From Rhizophagus irregularis (taxonomy: Eukaryota): DNA of 64,000 nt. Position 1 is the first letter of the stretch. Each line of letters opens with the position of its first letter. The position numbers and the translations under genes were made by a program. The stretch covers positions 124,001-188,000 of the forward strand of contig NC_089432.1 of the NCBI RefSeq assembly GCF_026210795.1, written 5' to 3'. Positions 1 through 13,071 of the stretch are shown in pieces. Under the pieces are notes generated by a model, which did no database searches, had not been told where the DNA came from, and worked only from the letters and a program-made list of their open reading frames with translations.

Positions 1-7
1 TGTGACC

Positions 8-306
8 GTGTAATTTCAATTTTAAGGGGTAAATAATATTAATAATAATAATAATAATAATAATTTTTTTTTTGTAAAAAAGTTTATATGTAAATTATGC
101 ATAAAATCATCTAATTATTAAAGATATTATGCTAATTTAATATAAATTTTTTGAAAAAAACTTAATATTTCCCTCCTTCCACTTCCGACCACCCACCCCT
201 AGGGATTTTAGTTCATTATATAATTTTTTTCTTTACATGAACGCGTATACAAAATACAAAAAAAAACGCGACGCGTCTTATGTACCCCTAAAAATTAAAA
301 TTACAC
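8..306. mobile_element. MITE-like element with ~24-bp terminal inverted repeats
   Basis: gtgtaatttcaattttaaggggta (8-31) vs tacccctaaaaattaaaattacac (283-306): reverse complements with 2 mismatches; no ORF; no TSD recognised. Confidence 0.6.
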
Positions 307-374
307 AACATATAAACTATTGTAATTTACTTTTATAATTCATTACTTTTATTTTAAATTTTTATGGCATTAAA

Positions 375-530
375 AATTACGACATTACAGCCTAATTATA
401 GTATTGCGACCTAATTACAGCATTACGACCCAATTACAGCATTACGGCCTAATTACAGTATTACGAAAAGTGTCATAACTGTAATGCTTTATGCTGTAAT
501 ATTACGGCATCGGCCAATCAATTACGGCTA
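375..530. repeat. Degenerate ~20-bp tandem repeat (attacagcattacgacct-like), probably a TE subterminal remnant
   Basis: 4-5 imperfect copies at 375-465 plus inverted ctgtaat copies at ~478-500. Confidence 0.45.
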
Positions 531-662
531 ACATCTTTAGTTATGGGCAGCCAATTAGAATTGCAGAATTGCGAGTTACTAACTGCAATTCAACTCCAAA
601 ATCTGCAATATTGCAGATTTTAAAAATCATTTGCAGACCCATCCTTACTCCATATATAATTT

Positions 663-1199
663 CACAGGTCAAAAAGTGAAAAATCAGGCATCAATCAGGC
701 ACCAATCGGTCACCAATCAGGTACCTGATTGGTGACAGATTGGTGCCTGATTGGCATTTTTGCCAAATACCGTCACCAATCAGGCAGTTTGCTAACTTTT
801 GATCCAGTGATCAGAAAAGAGTAAAATATAGCTCATTGGAATCACCTCAACAAGACGAATCTAATGGTAGTAAAATCGCATTTTTAGGATTAATACATGA
901 TGAGAAATTAAGTAAAATGTAAAAATAAAAATATATCATTTATATTTTATTTAATTTTTTATTAACTATTAATTCTAAAAATGTGATTTTACTACCATTA
1001 GATTCATCTTATTGAGACGATTCCAATGAGCTATATTTCATCCTTTTCTGATCACTAGATCAAAAGTTAGCAAACTGCCTGATTGGTGACAGTATTTGGC
1101 GAAAATGCCAATCAGGCACCAATCAGTCACCAATCAGTCACCAATCAGCTACTTGATTGGTGACCGATTGGTGCCTGATTTTTCACTTTTTGACCTGTG
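663..1199. mobile_element. Foldback/MITE element, almost entirely palindromic (CAC...GTG termini)
   Basis: cacaggtcaaaaagtgaaaaatcaggca at 663 pairs with tgcctgatttttcactttttgacctgtg ending 1199; arms >200 bp with internal caccaatcag repeats; flanked by ttt/ttt. Confidence 0.85.
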
Positions 1200-1929
1200 T
1201 TTGAAAAAATCAAGTATATATACATATATAGACAAATATATATAGAAATTCTAATTATCAGTTAAAAGTAACTTTAACTACAATTAATATAATGGTTAAA
1301 TTATTTTCAAATGGATTTTCTCAATCACAAGATGATTAGCTAATCAGATTTTACCTTATCTCATACTCAAAATTAGTAATATATACAATCACAATGATGT
1401 TATAGATGTCATATAAATATTTGCATATTACATTATCCCAGTAAAAAGTCATCATATGGAAATTGTACAATTTTTGTTTAGTTTTTGTAATTATTGTCCA
1501 ATTTTCATTCAGTATTCGTATAATTGAATCAAATTTTATTTTTTTGTAAAATTTAAATGTACAATTATTGTAAGATCTATTACATTTAATAAATAGAAAT
1601 TGTACAATTTTTATATTTTAAATTTGTAACTATTATTTATTATATTCATTTAAACAAAATTCGTACAATTTGTTCAATTTTTTAAATTTAGTTGAAAAAT
1701 TAATTATATTGATTTTCAGACTACTTTTGTAATGATTTTCGCGTTATAAAAATATGACTGTACATCAGTATATGATATAATCCGCAGTTCGATGACTTCA
1801 ATCAACTTTTTTCTTTTAAACTTTTTTTTCATTTTAAACTTTTTTTTTCTTTTAAACTTTTTTTTTAAATTTTTTTTACATTTTTCCCTTTTCCTTCAAT
1901 TCGTTTGCCCTTTTACTTTCCTTTGTACC

Positions 1930-3538
1930 TATATATGGCCTGGTAATTCTCTATTTTCGTATAAATACATAATTCGTAATTCTGGTAATTAATTACCAGA
2001 TTTTTTGAAAAATACATAAATACGTAATTATTTATGTCATACGTAATTAACGTAAATATTATTGGCTGATCATGAGTCATGTTATACATGTAGCTGAAAT
2101 CTCTATGAAGCTGGACAGGGTTTCAGACTTTCAGTAATTTAATTATAATAAGTTATTAAAAACTATCCAGAAATCCATCTGAAACTCCAAAGACTTTATA
2201 TTATAGTTTTAGCTGGATGTAGAGATTAATTTTTATCATTTTTTAACTTAATTTTGATTTAAAGACATGGCCAAAAATCACATGAAAAGATTTTGGCTAC
2301 AAGTATAAGTCATGTGCTTTTTTTATATAAAGTTATATCAGCATTTTATTGTTTTTGCATTTTTATATATATAAATGCTAGAACTATCAGTTTCAGCATT
2401 TTTTTTGCATTATACAAGTCAAAATGCTGGAACTATCAGTTTCGGCATTTTTTTTGCATCTTACAAGTAAAAATGCCAGAACCATTAGTTTTGGCAACTT
2501 TTTTTGCATTTTACAAGTAAAAATGCCAGAACCATCAGTTTTGGCATTTTTTTTGCATTTTACAAGTAAAAATGCCAGAACCATCAGTTTTGGCATTTTT
2601 TTTATTTTTACTAGTAAAAATGCCAGAACTATTAGTTTTAGCGTTTTTTTACATTTCTATTAGTAAAAATGCTAGAACTATTAGTTTTAGCATTTTTTAC
2701 ATTTCTACTAGTAAAAACGTTGGAACCATCAATTTTGGCGTTTTTTTTTGCATTTCTACTAGTAAAAATACTGGAACCAATAATTCCAGTATTTTTTTTT
2801 TGCATTTTACAAGCAAAAATGCCAGAACTATCAGTTTCAGCATTTTTTTTGCATTTTTACCAATAAAAACGTCAGAACTATCAGTTTTGGCATTTTTTTT
2901 TTATTTTTACTAGTAAAAATGCCAGAACTATCAGTTTCGGCTTTTTTTGCCTTTTTACTAGTAAAAACGCCAGAACTATTAGTGTAGGCATTTTTTTTGC
3001 ATTTCTACTAGTAAAAATGCCGGAACTATTAGTTTTGGCATTTTTTTTGCATTTTTACTAGTAAAATATCAGAATTATCAGTTTCAGCATTTTTTTACAT
3101 TTTTACTAGTAAAAACGCCAGAACTATCAGTTTTGGCGTTTTTTTTATTTTTACTAGTAAAACGCTAGAACCATCAGTTTCAGCATTTTTTTTTCATTTC
3201 TACAAGTGAAAATGCCAGAACTATCAGTTTTGGCATTTTTTTATTTCTACAAAAAGAATGCCAGAACTATCAGTTTTAGCGATTTTCTTTTCATTTTTAC
3301 ATGTAAAACTGCTGAACTATCAGTTTCAGCATTTTTTTTTCACATTTTCACATATCATGTGATTAATTACCAATAGTATTTACAGTAATTACGTTAAACG
3401 TAATTACACAAAGACATTAATAATTACGATTAACGTAATTATTTACGTTATATATAATTAATTACAAATTATGTAATTATTTACATATTTCAAATTACAA
3501 ATTACGTTTTTGGCTGATGATTTACCAGGCTATGTATA
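1930..3538. mobile_element. Non-autonomous TIR element (hAT-like 8-bp TSD) containing a tandem array
   Basis: TIRs tatatatggcctggtaa (1930-1946) and ttaccaggctatgtata (3522-3538); exact 8-bp direct repeat tttgtacc at 1922-1929 and 3539-3546; taattacg-type subterminal motifs at both ends. Confidence 0.7.
2370..3340. repeat. Minisatellite, ~20 x ~49-bp units, each built from two palindromes
   Basis: Consensus ttttactagtaaaaatgccagaactatcagttttggcattttttttgcat; gaact/gaacc core recurs every ~48-51 bp from ~2381 to ~3314. Confidence 0.95.
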
Positions 3539-4500
3539 TTTGTACCTTCCTTCATCTCTCCCTTGTTCTTTCCTTTTCCTTTCCTTCCTTTTTCCTTTAC
3601 TTTTACATTCCCTTCTTTTTTCTTTCTCTTTTTCTGCTTCTCTTGCACTTTTTGTTAAAGAAATCTTAAGCGTTTTTCTCTTTTGGTGCAAATCTCTGGT
3701 AAATTCATCTTTTTTTTAAATTGTTTAATTTTAATGAACAATTTCTAATAGTTGTTTTTCTTACTTTTTTTTTAGACTTTGAGTATTATGGGAATAATGA
3801 TGGGAAATTTTTTTTCTTAAATCTTAATTAACTATTTTAACAATTTTTTCTTTTTTTTTTAGATACTTCTTACGGTTTTCTTGGACGTGAAATTTTGGCA
3901 TAACAATTTGGTAGGGTAGAGGTTTTTTTGAATTATTCTTTATCGAAATGTTTTCTAACACTTTTATTTTTCTTCGTTTAGGCAGTTCTTCAGCTCTTTA
4001 AACGGGAACTTTAGTGGAAGTATTATTTTTTTTAGTTTCTTCTTAAAAATGGTGGTTACTTATTTCTTTTTTTTTTTTTAGGCGGCTTTTTGGTCTCCTG
4101 GACATGACATTTTGTAAATTTTAAAATTTTTCCTTTAATATTAATAAACAGATATTAATAGTTCTTTTTTTTATAAATATTTCTTCAAATCTCTTTGGAT
4201 ACCGTTATGATAAGTTTTTTTTTCATTTTAGTTTATTTATTATGATGAAATGTATATTGATGTTTCAAATTCTATCTTTTTTTTTAGATAGGTCTGGATG
4301 CATGGAAAAGGAAATCAGATTATATATATTTTTGAATTTAATTCTTTTAGCAAAATTTTGATGAAATGATTTTTTTTGGCAAAACGATTTATTAATATTT
4401 TGCTTTTTTTCTTTTTTTTAAAAATACCAATAAGGTACGCAGGTACCATTTCTTGACTTAGAAATATCGAAAGGTATTATAACTTAAAAAATGGGAGGTA

Positions 4501-6567
4501 CACAGGCAATCTCGATAAATCGGATCCTCGATAAACCGGATTTGGCACTATTTCGGATTTTTCTTCTGGAACCAAATCATCTATATTAAAACAGTCTTGA
4601 TATATCAGACTTTATTAGTAAAATCTCGATATTTCGTAAATCGGATTTTATTCTAGATCAACTATAGTTAAAAAATCTTGATATGACGTATTAATTTTTT
4701 CGGAGTCCAAAATAATTATGTCAATCATTTATTAATTAGGCAAACAATTTTTCTCACTGTTTTTTTTTTCAAAATATACTTTAGCATGAGAGAAAACAAA
4801 GATACGAATAATAAAAAGAAGAAATCTTTAACATTAGCTCAAAAGAAAGAACTCTGCGAAAAACAAAGAGATCAAAAACTTAGTGGTGTTCAATTAGCAG
4901 CACAATATGGAATTTCCACTAGCACAGTTTCTGATATTTTAAAAAGATCAGAACATTGGCTTTCCATTGATACCACTTTACCAAATGCAAATAATTTTCG
5001 TGAAAATCTAGTGTTTATCCACAACTAGAAGAAGTAATAAGCATTTGGGTTGATCAACAAATTTCAAGAAATTTAACTATAAATGGGCCTATTATCCAAC
5101 AAAAAGCAGTAGAGTGTGCTAACTTACTTGATATCACCAACTTTTCAGTATCTGCAGGATGGTTAAGCAACTTTAAACAGAGAAATAATTTGCATACATA
5201 TAAAAAAAAAGGAGAAGCTGGCAGTGCTCCTATTGATGAACTTCCACAAATGAGAGCTGAATTACGAGAAATTCTTCAAGCATATGAACTAAAAGATATC
5301 TGGAACTGTGATGAAACTGCTCTTTTTTGGCGTTTAGAACCATCCAAAACAATAGCACATGATCCTGTACTTGGTAAAAAACGTCCTAAAGAACGTGTTA
5401 GTATTTTGGCAACTTGTAATGCTTCTGGTGATGAAAGATTGCCTTTAGTTTTTATTCATAAATATGAAACACCACGTGCATTAAAGGGAATTGAAAAAGA
5501 TCTCTCCCTGTTTGGTATTATTGGAACTCTAAAGCTTGGATGCAAAGAAGTATTTTCAAACATTATCTTGAAAGATTAAATTCCAAAATGCTTAGAGAAA
5601 ATCGGCATATTATTTTACTAATAGATAATGCTAGATGTCATGAATCTGAGAACATCAATAGTCTTTCAAATGTTAAGGTTCATTTTTTACCACCAAATAC
5701 AACATCATTTCTTCAACCATTAGATCAAGGCATTATTTATAGTTTAAAAGCACAATATCGCAAATTGCTATGTCAAAATTGTATTCAAGCTTATGATTTT
5801 TATGAAGAGGGAGACCCCATTCCACCCCCAATTGATATTTTTGATTCAATCAATTTAATTGCTGATGCCTGGAAAAAAGTATCTAAAAAAACAATTCTTA
5901 ACAGTTGGGCTAAAGCTGGAATCCTTCCCAATAATAATATGGAAGATTCTGAATGTTCAGACAATTCCGATTATGAAGAAGATAATATCGGACATGAATT
6001 ATAATCATTAATTGATGAGTTAGGATTCGTAGATCCTTTAGCTGTGAATGACTATATTAATATTGATAATAGAGCATCTGCTGAAGAGGAATTATCATTA
6101 CAAGAAATTGTTGACGTTGTAAAGGGAACAAATGAAAGGGAAATTGAAGAGGAAGAGGAGCAAGATGAAATCTCTACAATAGTTGCATTAAATAGCATTG
6201 AAAATGTAATTAAATATATTCAACAAAAAGATTTAGAAATTGGTAATTTAGAAATGAAAAATTTAATTAAATTGAAAAAAAGGATCTTTTTTGATAATAT
6301 AAATGAAAAAAGGCAAAGTAAACTAAATGAATATTTTGATTTTAATGTATGACAGATAGTTCTTTTATAATAATAAAATTATATTCATTTTTGAATAAAA
6401 TTTTGAAAATTTTGAACGAAAAATCACGTGATTTCTTGGTATTTCGGATTTTTCATATATTTTTATATAAATCCGGTTTGGCGAGATTTTTTCGATATAT
6501 CGGATGTCTTGATATATCAGATATTTTTACTGGAACCAACTGATCCGATTTATCGAGATTGCCTGTG
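4501..6567 (+). mobile_element. pogo/Tigger-type (Tc1/mariner superfamily) DNA transposon
   Basis: Perfect 26-bp TIR cacaggcaatctcgataaatcggatc / gatccgatttatcgagattgcctgtg; TA on both sides (4499-4500, 6568-6569); encodes a CENP-B/DDE_1-like transposase. Confidence 0.93.
4786..6352 (+). pseudogene. Disrupted CENP-B-like HTH + DDE_1 transposase
   Basis: Motifs LTLAQKKELC..YGISTSTVSDILK, WNCDETALFW, LLIDNARCH, FLPPNTTSFLQPLDQGII; frameshifts near 5010 and 5500, in-frame TAA at 6002. Confidence 0.9.
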
Positions 6568-6613
6568 TATATTCACAGTAATGTACAAAAACAATTTGGA
6601 ATTGACTTTCACA

Positions 6614-9600
6614 TAAAGCTCCGCGTAGCCGCTTGGCCAGCTACGTAGGTTTGGGCAATTGATTTGGCTCGAAAAAATGTACTGAGCCAAGCCGAGCCGA
6701 GCCACAAATTCTTATGGCTCAGCTCAATATGAGCCAAGCTATAATAATTCTTAGCTCGAAACAAATGAGCTGAGCCGAGCTTCAATAAATTTTGGCTCGA
6801 GCCAAGCTGAGCTCGAGCTACTATTTGTTTATAATTTGTATTTATAATTGACATAATTATGTTATTTATGTAGAATATTTTTTATTTATTTTTTATTTAT
6901 TTATTTATTCAATTTTTATTTATTTAATTTAAAATCTAATTTAATTAATAAATTATAATTACCGGCACACATTTTTTCAACATTTATTTGTTAATTTCAC
7001 TTCCGTCTGACCCTTTCCGTTATTCAGACTACTATTATGAGCAATTATCAAGTCTACTATTTTACTTTATCATTAAGTTTTACCCTCCAACCTTTCATAC
7101 ATAATTACCGCCTCAGAATGTCCAACAAGCAACCGAAACCTAGTTATCCCGGGTTCATCTAAAGAGTCCGGCAACCTAAAGAAAATAGTAGAAACGTTAG
7201 TACTTTTCTTCTATATATTAAAAAAAAATTACTCCCCAATTCCCGCTAACATATACTTGCACACATTCCAAATCCGGACCTTCCAAATCTAAAAAAAGAA
7301 TCGAAATGTTAGTAACGTTTCGTTAAATTATAAGAAAAAAATTATTTCGATTACCTTCAAACATTAGAAGCCGGTCCGTCCCTACAAAAAAGAAAGGTAA
7401 AGAACGTTAATAACGTTCTTGTAGTTCTTGTATTGAAAAACCCTCCCTTTCCTCACATTACCTCAAGAAGCTGTGTGCCGAAAGATTCGTTCCTACTTCC
7501 TACAAAAAAGAAAAGAACAGAACGTTAGTTAACGTTCTTATATTAAAAGAATTATTAATATAATATCTCCCCCTGTAACTTACCATTTTATGGAATTCCA
7601 AGTCCAGGAAAAAAATAAAAATAAAATAAAAAATTTAACGGTATAATAAGACCGTTTGAACGAAAAAAAAATTTTTTTAAAAAAAAATAAAAATGAATAA
7701 CGGTTTAAAATAAAGAAACCGTTTAACGAAAAAGGAAAAAAAATAAACCCGTTTTTTTTTTAATAATAAACCTAAAAAATATACAAAGCGCTACAAATTT
7801 AATGTATAAAGTTGAAGGAAGGAAAAAAAATTAAGATTATCGATCGGTAAATCGGATCGATAAGTCACATGTAAAGATGTACCGTAATATTAATTTTGAC
7901 TGTGAAACTGAAAAGTAACTGTGCTAAACTAATTTTGGTAGCTAAACTAATTTTAGCTAAGCCAATTTTATTAATTTTCCGTGTCTTAATTATTTAAAAG
8001 TAGTTATCGTCTGTATGGAAAAAAAAATTCGAGTTGATAATTTCAGTTATCATCCATGCAAAATAATCCAACTTAAGTCATTCTTTTACGGGTTCTTTTT
8101 TGACGGCTTTCTCTTAAGATAAAAAGATTTATATATCCGAATAATGTCCAACCCTTCTTCACCTATTCCCGTTCCCACTCCATTGTTAGAACTTGAAGCG
8201 GATACTAATTCTTCTTCAAGCAGCAAAAGATCCCTTGTTTATCAATTTTTTACTTATAAGTCCCAAAATATTATTGCAACTATTGTCCTAAGAGTTTTTC
8301 AAACAAATCAACTTCTACGTTATACAAGGCATGATAAATAAACACCACCCAAAAATTGTTGCTGAAACTCAAAAACAAGAGGAAAAAATCGGTGAAATGG
8401 ATAAGTTCGTAATTTCTGATCAAAAAGAAAATGTAAGTTTAATATTTATTTTAATACCATATTAAAGATCCTTATTATTAATATATCAATATAATTATAT
8501 CATTTTTTTAGTTTAGCCAAAAAGGATATAGAAAAAGATTGATTCGTTGGGTAGTTAATAATGATCAACCGTTTAATGTGACCGAAAATAGGGAATTTCG
8601 AGACATGATGACATTTATTCGACCAGGCATGCACATTCCCTCTGCTGATACTATACGACGAGATTTAACTGAAAACTTTAAAACTTCAAAAGATGTATTT
8701 AGACAACAACTGCAGGTTAATAACTAATGTTTATATGTAATGATTTTATATTATATGGGTATTAAATCAATCCAAATAAAAACAATAGGAAGCACCCGGT
8801 CGCCTATCTTTCACAGTGGATGCTTGGACCAGCAAGAATCAAATTCCATTTCTTGGGATAAGTGTTCACTGGATAAATGACAAATGGGAATTAAAATGTA
8901 CTACATTGGATTTTTGTATTTTATCAGGATCCCATACTGGAGCTAATTTATCACAAAGATTTTTAGAAGTCCTTCAAGAGTTTGGTATAACAACAAAAGT
9001 AAATGTTTAATTGTTTATTTACAATTTATATTTTTTTTCATAATTAACTAATAATTGTTTATTCTTTATTGTATATAGATTTTAGCAATTGGATGTGATA
9101 ATGCTTCCAACATGGACGTGATGCTAGAAAACATTTCGCAGTCTTTAAAATTACAAAATATAATATTTGATCCAAATAATCATCGCGTCCGATGCCTTGC
9201 ACGTGTTATAAATTTAGGCGCAAAAAAATTAATAGATCATCTTTATGTGACTAATAAAATATCATATGAAGATGAAAATACCTTTGAAGTATCCGAAGAT
9301 AATGATGATAATTTGAAAGATGCTATATATAAGGTAATAAATATTATTGCAAAAATACCAATTTTATAATTGCTAATTGTTTAATTTATTAAATTTAAAG
9401 CTTCGCAAGGTTATAGTAAAAATTAGAGCATCTCCACAGCGCCGAGAAAAACTTAAGCAACAATGTATTGCTGCTAATATTAAACCACTTGAACTTATCC
9501 CGGATGTGTCAACGCGATGGAATTCGACTGATGACATGATAACACGTGCATTGGAATTGAAACAAGTAATATTAGTTTTATTATTTAAATTTTTTTAAAA

Positions 9601-11077
9601 AATTATTAAATTTCTAATTAATAATTAATTATACAGCCTCTTCATAATACCGCATCAGCTGATAAAGATTTAAGAAAGTATATACTTTCAGAAGAGGAAT
9701 GGAATTGTATTTTAGAAGTACATGAGATATTGCAGGTTAGTTATTTATTGATTAATAATATACACGAAAAATAATAAAAAAAATATTTTCAAGAAATTAA
9801 ATCTTTTTTTATCTTTTTATTTACAGTGTTTTAAAAAGAGTACTAATTTTAGCACTGGACAGCAATATCCAACGTTATCGTATAGTGTTCCTATATACAA
9901 CTATTTGCTAGATAAGCTTGAAGACGAGTATGAAAAAAAGGAAAGTGAAAAAGGCGAAGAGAATGAAGTTGTAGTAGCATTAAATGAATCAATCGAAAAA
10001 ATAAAACAATATTATGCATTTACAGGTGCATTAGTTTATACAGTAGCAACAGGCAAGTTTATCATTATCATTATGTCTAATTTTATGATATTTAAATATT
10101 AAATTTATTTCTTATAATTTATTACTAAATAGTGATGGATCCTCGCCTTAAACTTCAATATTATAGGGATAATAAATGGGAGGAATCCTTTATTCGAAGC
10201 CAAAAAACAAGTTGTTGAATTATGGAAGTCAACGTATAAAGTAAATAGTGCAGATAATGAAGAATCACATGATGATGATGATGAAATTTTCGGTCATATA
10301 TTTAAGAAACGGAAATTAAATAATGATGAATTAAGTATATACTTAGATGAAAAAATAATTCCCGGAAAAACAGATATTCTTGCATGGTGGAAGGTATATA
10401 AATAATATTATTTATTATATTATTATTTTATATTATTAATGTTATTAAATTAATTTTTATAGGCGCACGAAGTAGTACCGAATTTGTGCAAATGGCGCGT
10501 GATTACTTATATATTGAGGTTAATATATATATATATATCGAAAATAGTAAATTACCGATCAATAAACTATTATTAATTATTTTATTTATATAATTTATTA
10601 TTTTTATAGCACTAGTGCACCTGTAGAGCGAATTTTCTCAGGTGGCACCGATTTAGTTGTTCAAAAACGTTGTAGTCTTAAAGATGAATCAATTCAAAAA
10701 GTAATGTGTCTTAAAGGATGGTGGAAATCGGGTTTTGGTGGAATAACTATTGTAAATGATTAATATAAAAGTAAAATTATATCTATTGTTAGTTTGATTA
10801 TTAAATGTTAAATTTTAAATAATAAATAATAAAATAATAAAATAAACAATATTTTATATCAAATTTTAGTAATTTAAAATCGAGCCAGGCTTCGAGCTAT
10901 TTAAGCCAAGCTTATTATTGGCTTGAGCTTTTTTGAACTGATTTATTACCGGCTTGAGCTTTTTGAGCTGCCTACTGCAGTTCTTTTCAAGCTGCGAGCG
11001 TACGAGCCAATTTATCGCTCAGTTGGACTCATTGCTTACCATTCACTTAAGCCGAAAGTTCGACTGTCGGAGCTTTA
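6614..11077 (+). mobile_element. Full-length hAT transposon (~4.46 kb)
   Basis: TIR taaagctccg (6614-6623) / cggagcttta (11068-11077); exact 8-bp TSD ctttcaca (6606-6613, 11078-11085); gagcc/ggctc subterminal repeats at ~6665-6820 and ~10880-11010. Confidence 0.9.
8144..10759 (+). pseudogene. Intron-rich hAT (Ac/ZBED-like) transposase, BED finger + RNase-H-like core + dimerisation domain, frameshifted
   Basis: YYCNYC BED remnant, PSADTIRR, TVDAWTS, GCDNASN, RCLARVIN (CxxH His lost), TRWNST, DPRLK, TSAPVERIFS..KRCSL; ~9 GT-AG introns; frameshifts near 8260, 8330, 10195 and 10480. Confidence 0.88.
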
Positions 11078-12547
11078 CTTTCACATTTATGGAAATCGTA
11101 ATTTTAAGCCAAGTGGCCAAAGATGAGCCAGAAAATCTCAGCAAACCAAAGATATTCTATAGATCATTATATAAGTCTTTGACAAGTACAATAAAGTACA
11201 CAATATCATCCAATTTTAAAAGAAGCCCAATAGCTCATTTTACAATCAAAAATTTCTTAGGTGGGAAATTTATTGTAGTAAAACTATATCTTGTTCTGCT
11301 ACATAAAAAACTTAATTTTTTTTATATTTCATTTTACCTTATATTATTTTTAATTTTTTTCACCAATTTAAATCATTGAATAAAGATATCAATTCTCATA
11401 TATTTTTTATCAATTTTAAAAGATTATACTTCATATATACACAGTAATTCGTATATGAATAATAAATCAAACATGTAAAAATAATATACAAATTTATTCT
11501 GAATATTACATAAAAACATTGCAAGTTTATGACAAATTTACTTTGTTTTCTATATAAAACATTACAAGTTTACTACAAATTGTTTACAAATACTGTACAA
11601 ATGGATGCTCATAATCATGTTAAATTTATAACTTACATTTTTTATACAAAAAATCAACATAAACTTTTTACTGGATATATTATATTAAGACTATGTTTTA
11701 TATTTAACTAAATTATATATGCTGTCCAAATTATTTTGGGATGTTATAATTATAATTTGGAATGCTGTAATTCATTCAATTTATATATAATTTACTATAT
11801 GTAAAATGCCAAAATAATTTGGGATGTTATAATTGAATTTGGGATTTTACTTATAATTATGGCAGTCTAAAATAATCTGGATAGTATGTATAGATTAAAT
11901 AATATAAATATTAAGGAAGAAGTAAGTCACTATCTTTACTGGAATGAGTCTTTGTCTTTTTTTTTTTAACCTGAAAAGCATTACTGTAGTTATGAATGTA
12001 TTTAAAAAAACTTCTAAGAATAAGTAAAAATTTGAAATTTTATACAAGATGTTCTTAATACTTTACAGATATAATTTAAATATTATATTATATTTTAAAT
12101 AAGTGTTGTATTAATATTTGTATGATATTTTAGAGATTACTAATAAAAAATTTCAAGATGTTAGGGTAGGAATTTGAAATATCTGAAAATAAATATAAAT
12201 GGAGTAATGATTCCAGTTGCCATTATATGAAATACTCTTACCTTTTTCTATACAACAGTAATAAATGTAGCATGAAAATCAAAATACTAGAAAATTATAA
12301 AAATCTCATTTAGAGCATTGCTAATAAGGAAGAGGAATACCAAAAGACAAATAATAAATATATGTCAGAAAATTGATTTAATACACCATCATCTTTTTTC
12401 TTAGGATGTGAGTGGAAATTTGAAAGAGGATTAAGAGTCCTGGCTATTTAAAAATTATGCCAAAATGAATATATGATTCCATCTAAAATTACAGAGATAT
12501 GAGCTACCTTATGCAATAGTAACATTGACATAAAAGGTGAAAGTTTC

Positions 12548-13071
12548 TTGCTTGAATTGCAGAATGACTATGAAATACAGTATACTCAAGATCTACCTTC
12601 ACTTAAAGTATTGAAGAATAAACAACCATATCGTGATGAAACAAACAAAAATGTCTTGGCTGATATTTCATTGCTAATATGCATGGTATTACTGATTTTT
12701 GTCTTGTACTTACATGTGAGGATTCAGTCTTTTGGCTAGAAGATTCTAGTGGTATCATTTATTATTGGTCTTGCATAGATGATACTATGATATGCAAAGG
12801 AGATAATTTGGAAGAAGCTTTAACAAATTATCTTTATTATCAGAAAAATCTTTATTATGTCAATGAGAATACTTTCAAATTGGTACCAATACATGCATTT
12901 GATAAAGAAGCTGAGGAATGGGCAAAATCATCTGAGGCTTATCTTGATATTGATATAATTAAGGAATCATTAAAGCATAAATTAAAAATAGGTGAAAAAA
13001 AAAGCAACAAAAAAAACAAAAAAAGAAAAAAAGTAAAAAGAAGTATTAACATGAAAATACTGTTTGTTTGA
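12548..13071 (+). pseudogene. Frameshifted hypothetical protein, possibly SUKH/US22-like
   Basis: Overlapping ORFs 12548 and 12679 appear joined by a frameshift; FWLEDSSGIIYYW...ICKGDNLEEAL resembles the SUKH/US22 G.(V/I)Y...(G/A)..LEE pattern (from memory only). Confidence 0.35.

Noticed and set aside
1792..1992. Phe-rich ORFs here and at 3510-3719
   Set aside because: Low-complexity T-rich DNA that crosses element boundaries
2293..2913. Overlapping repetitive ORFs on both strands
   Set aside because: By-products of the 49-bp array; variable unit length breaks the frames
2370..3340. Palindromic array as a CRISPR
   Set aside because: Units are contiguous with no unique spacers
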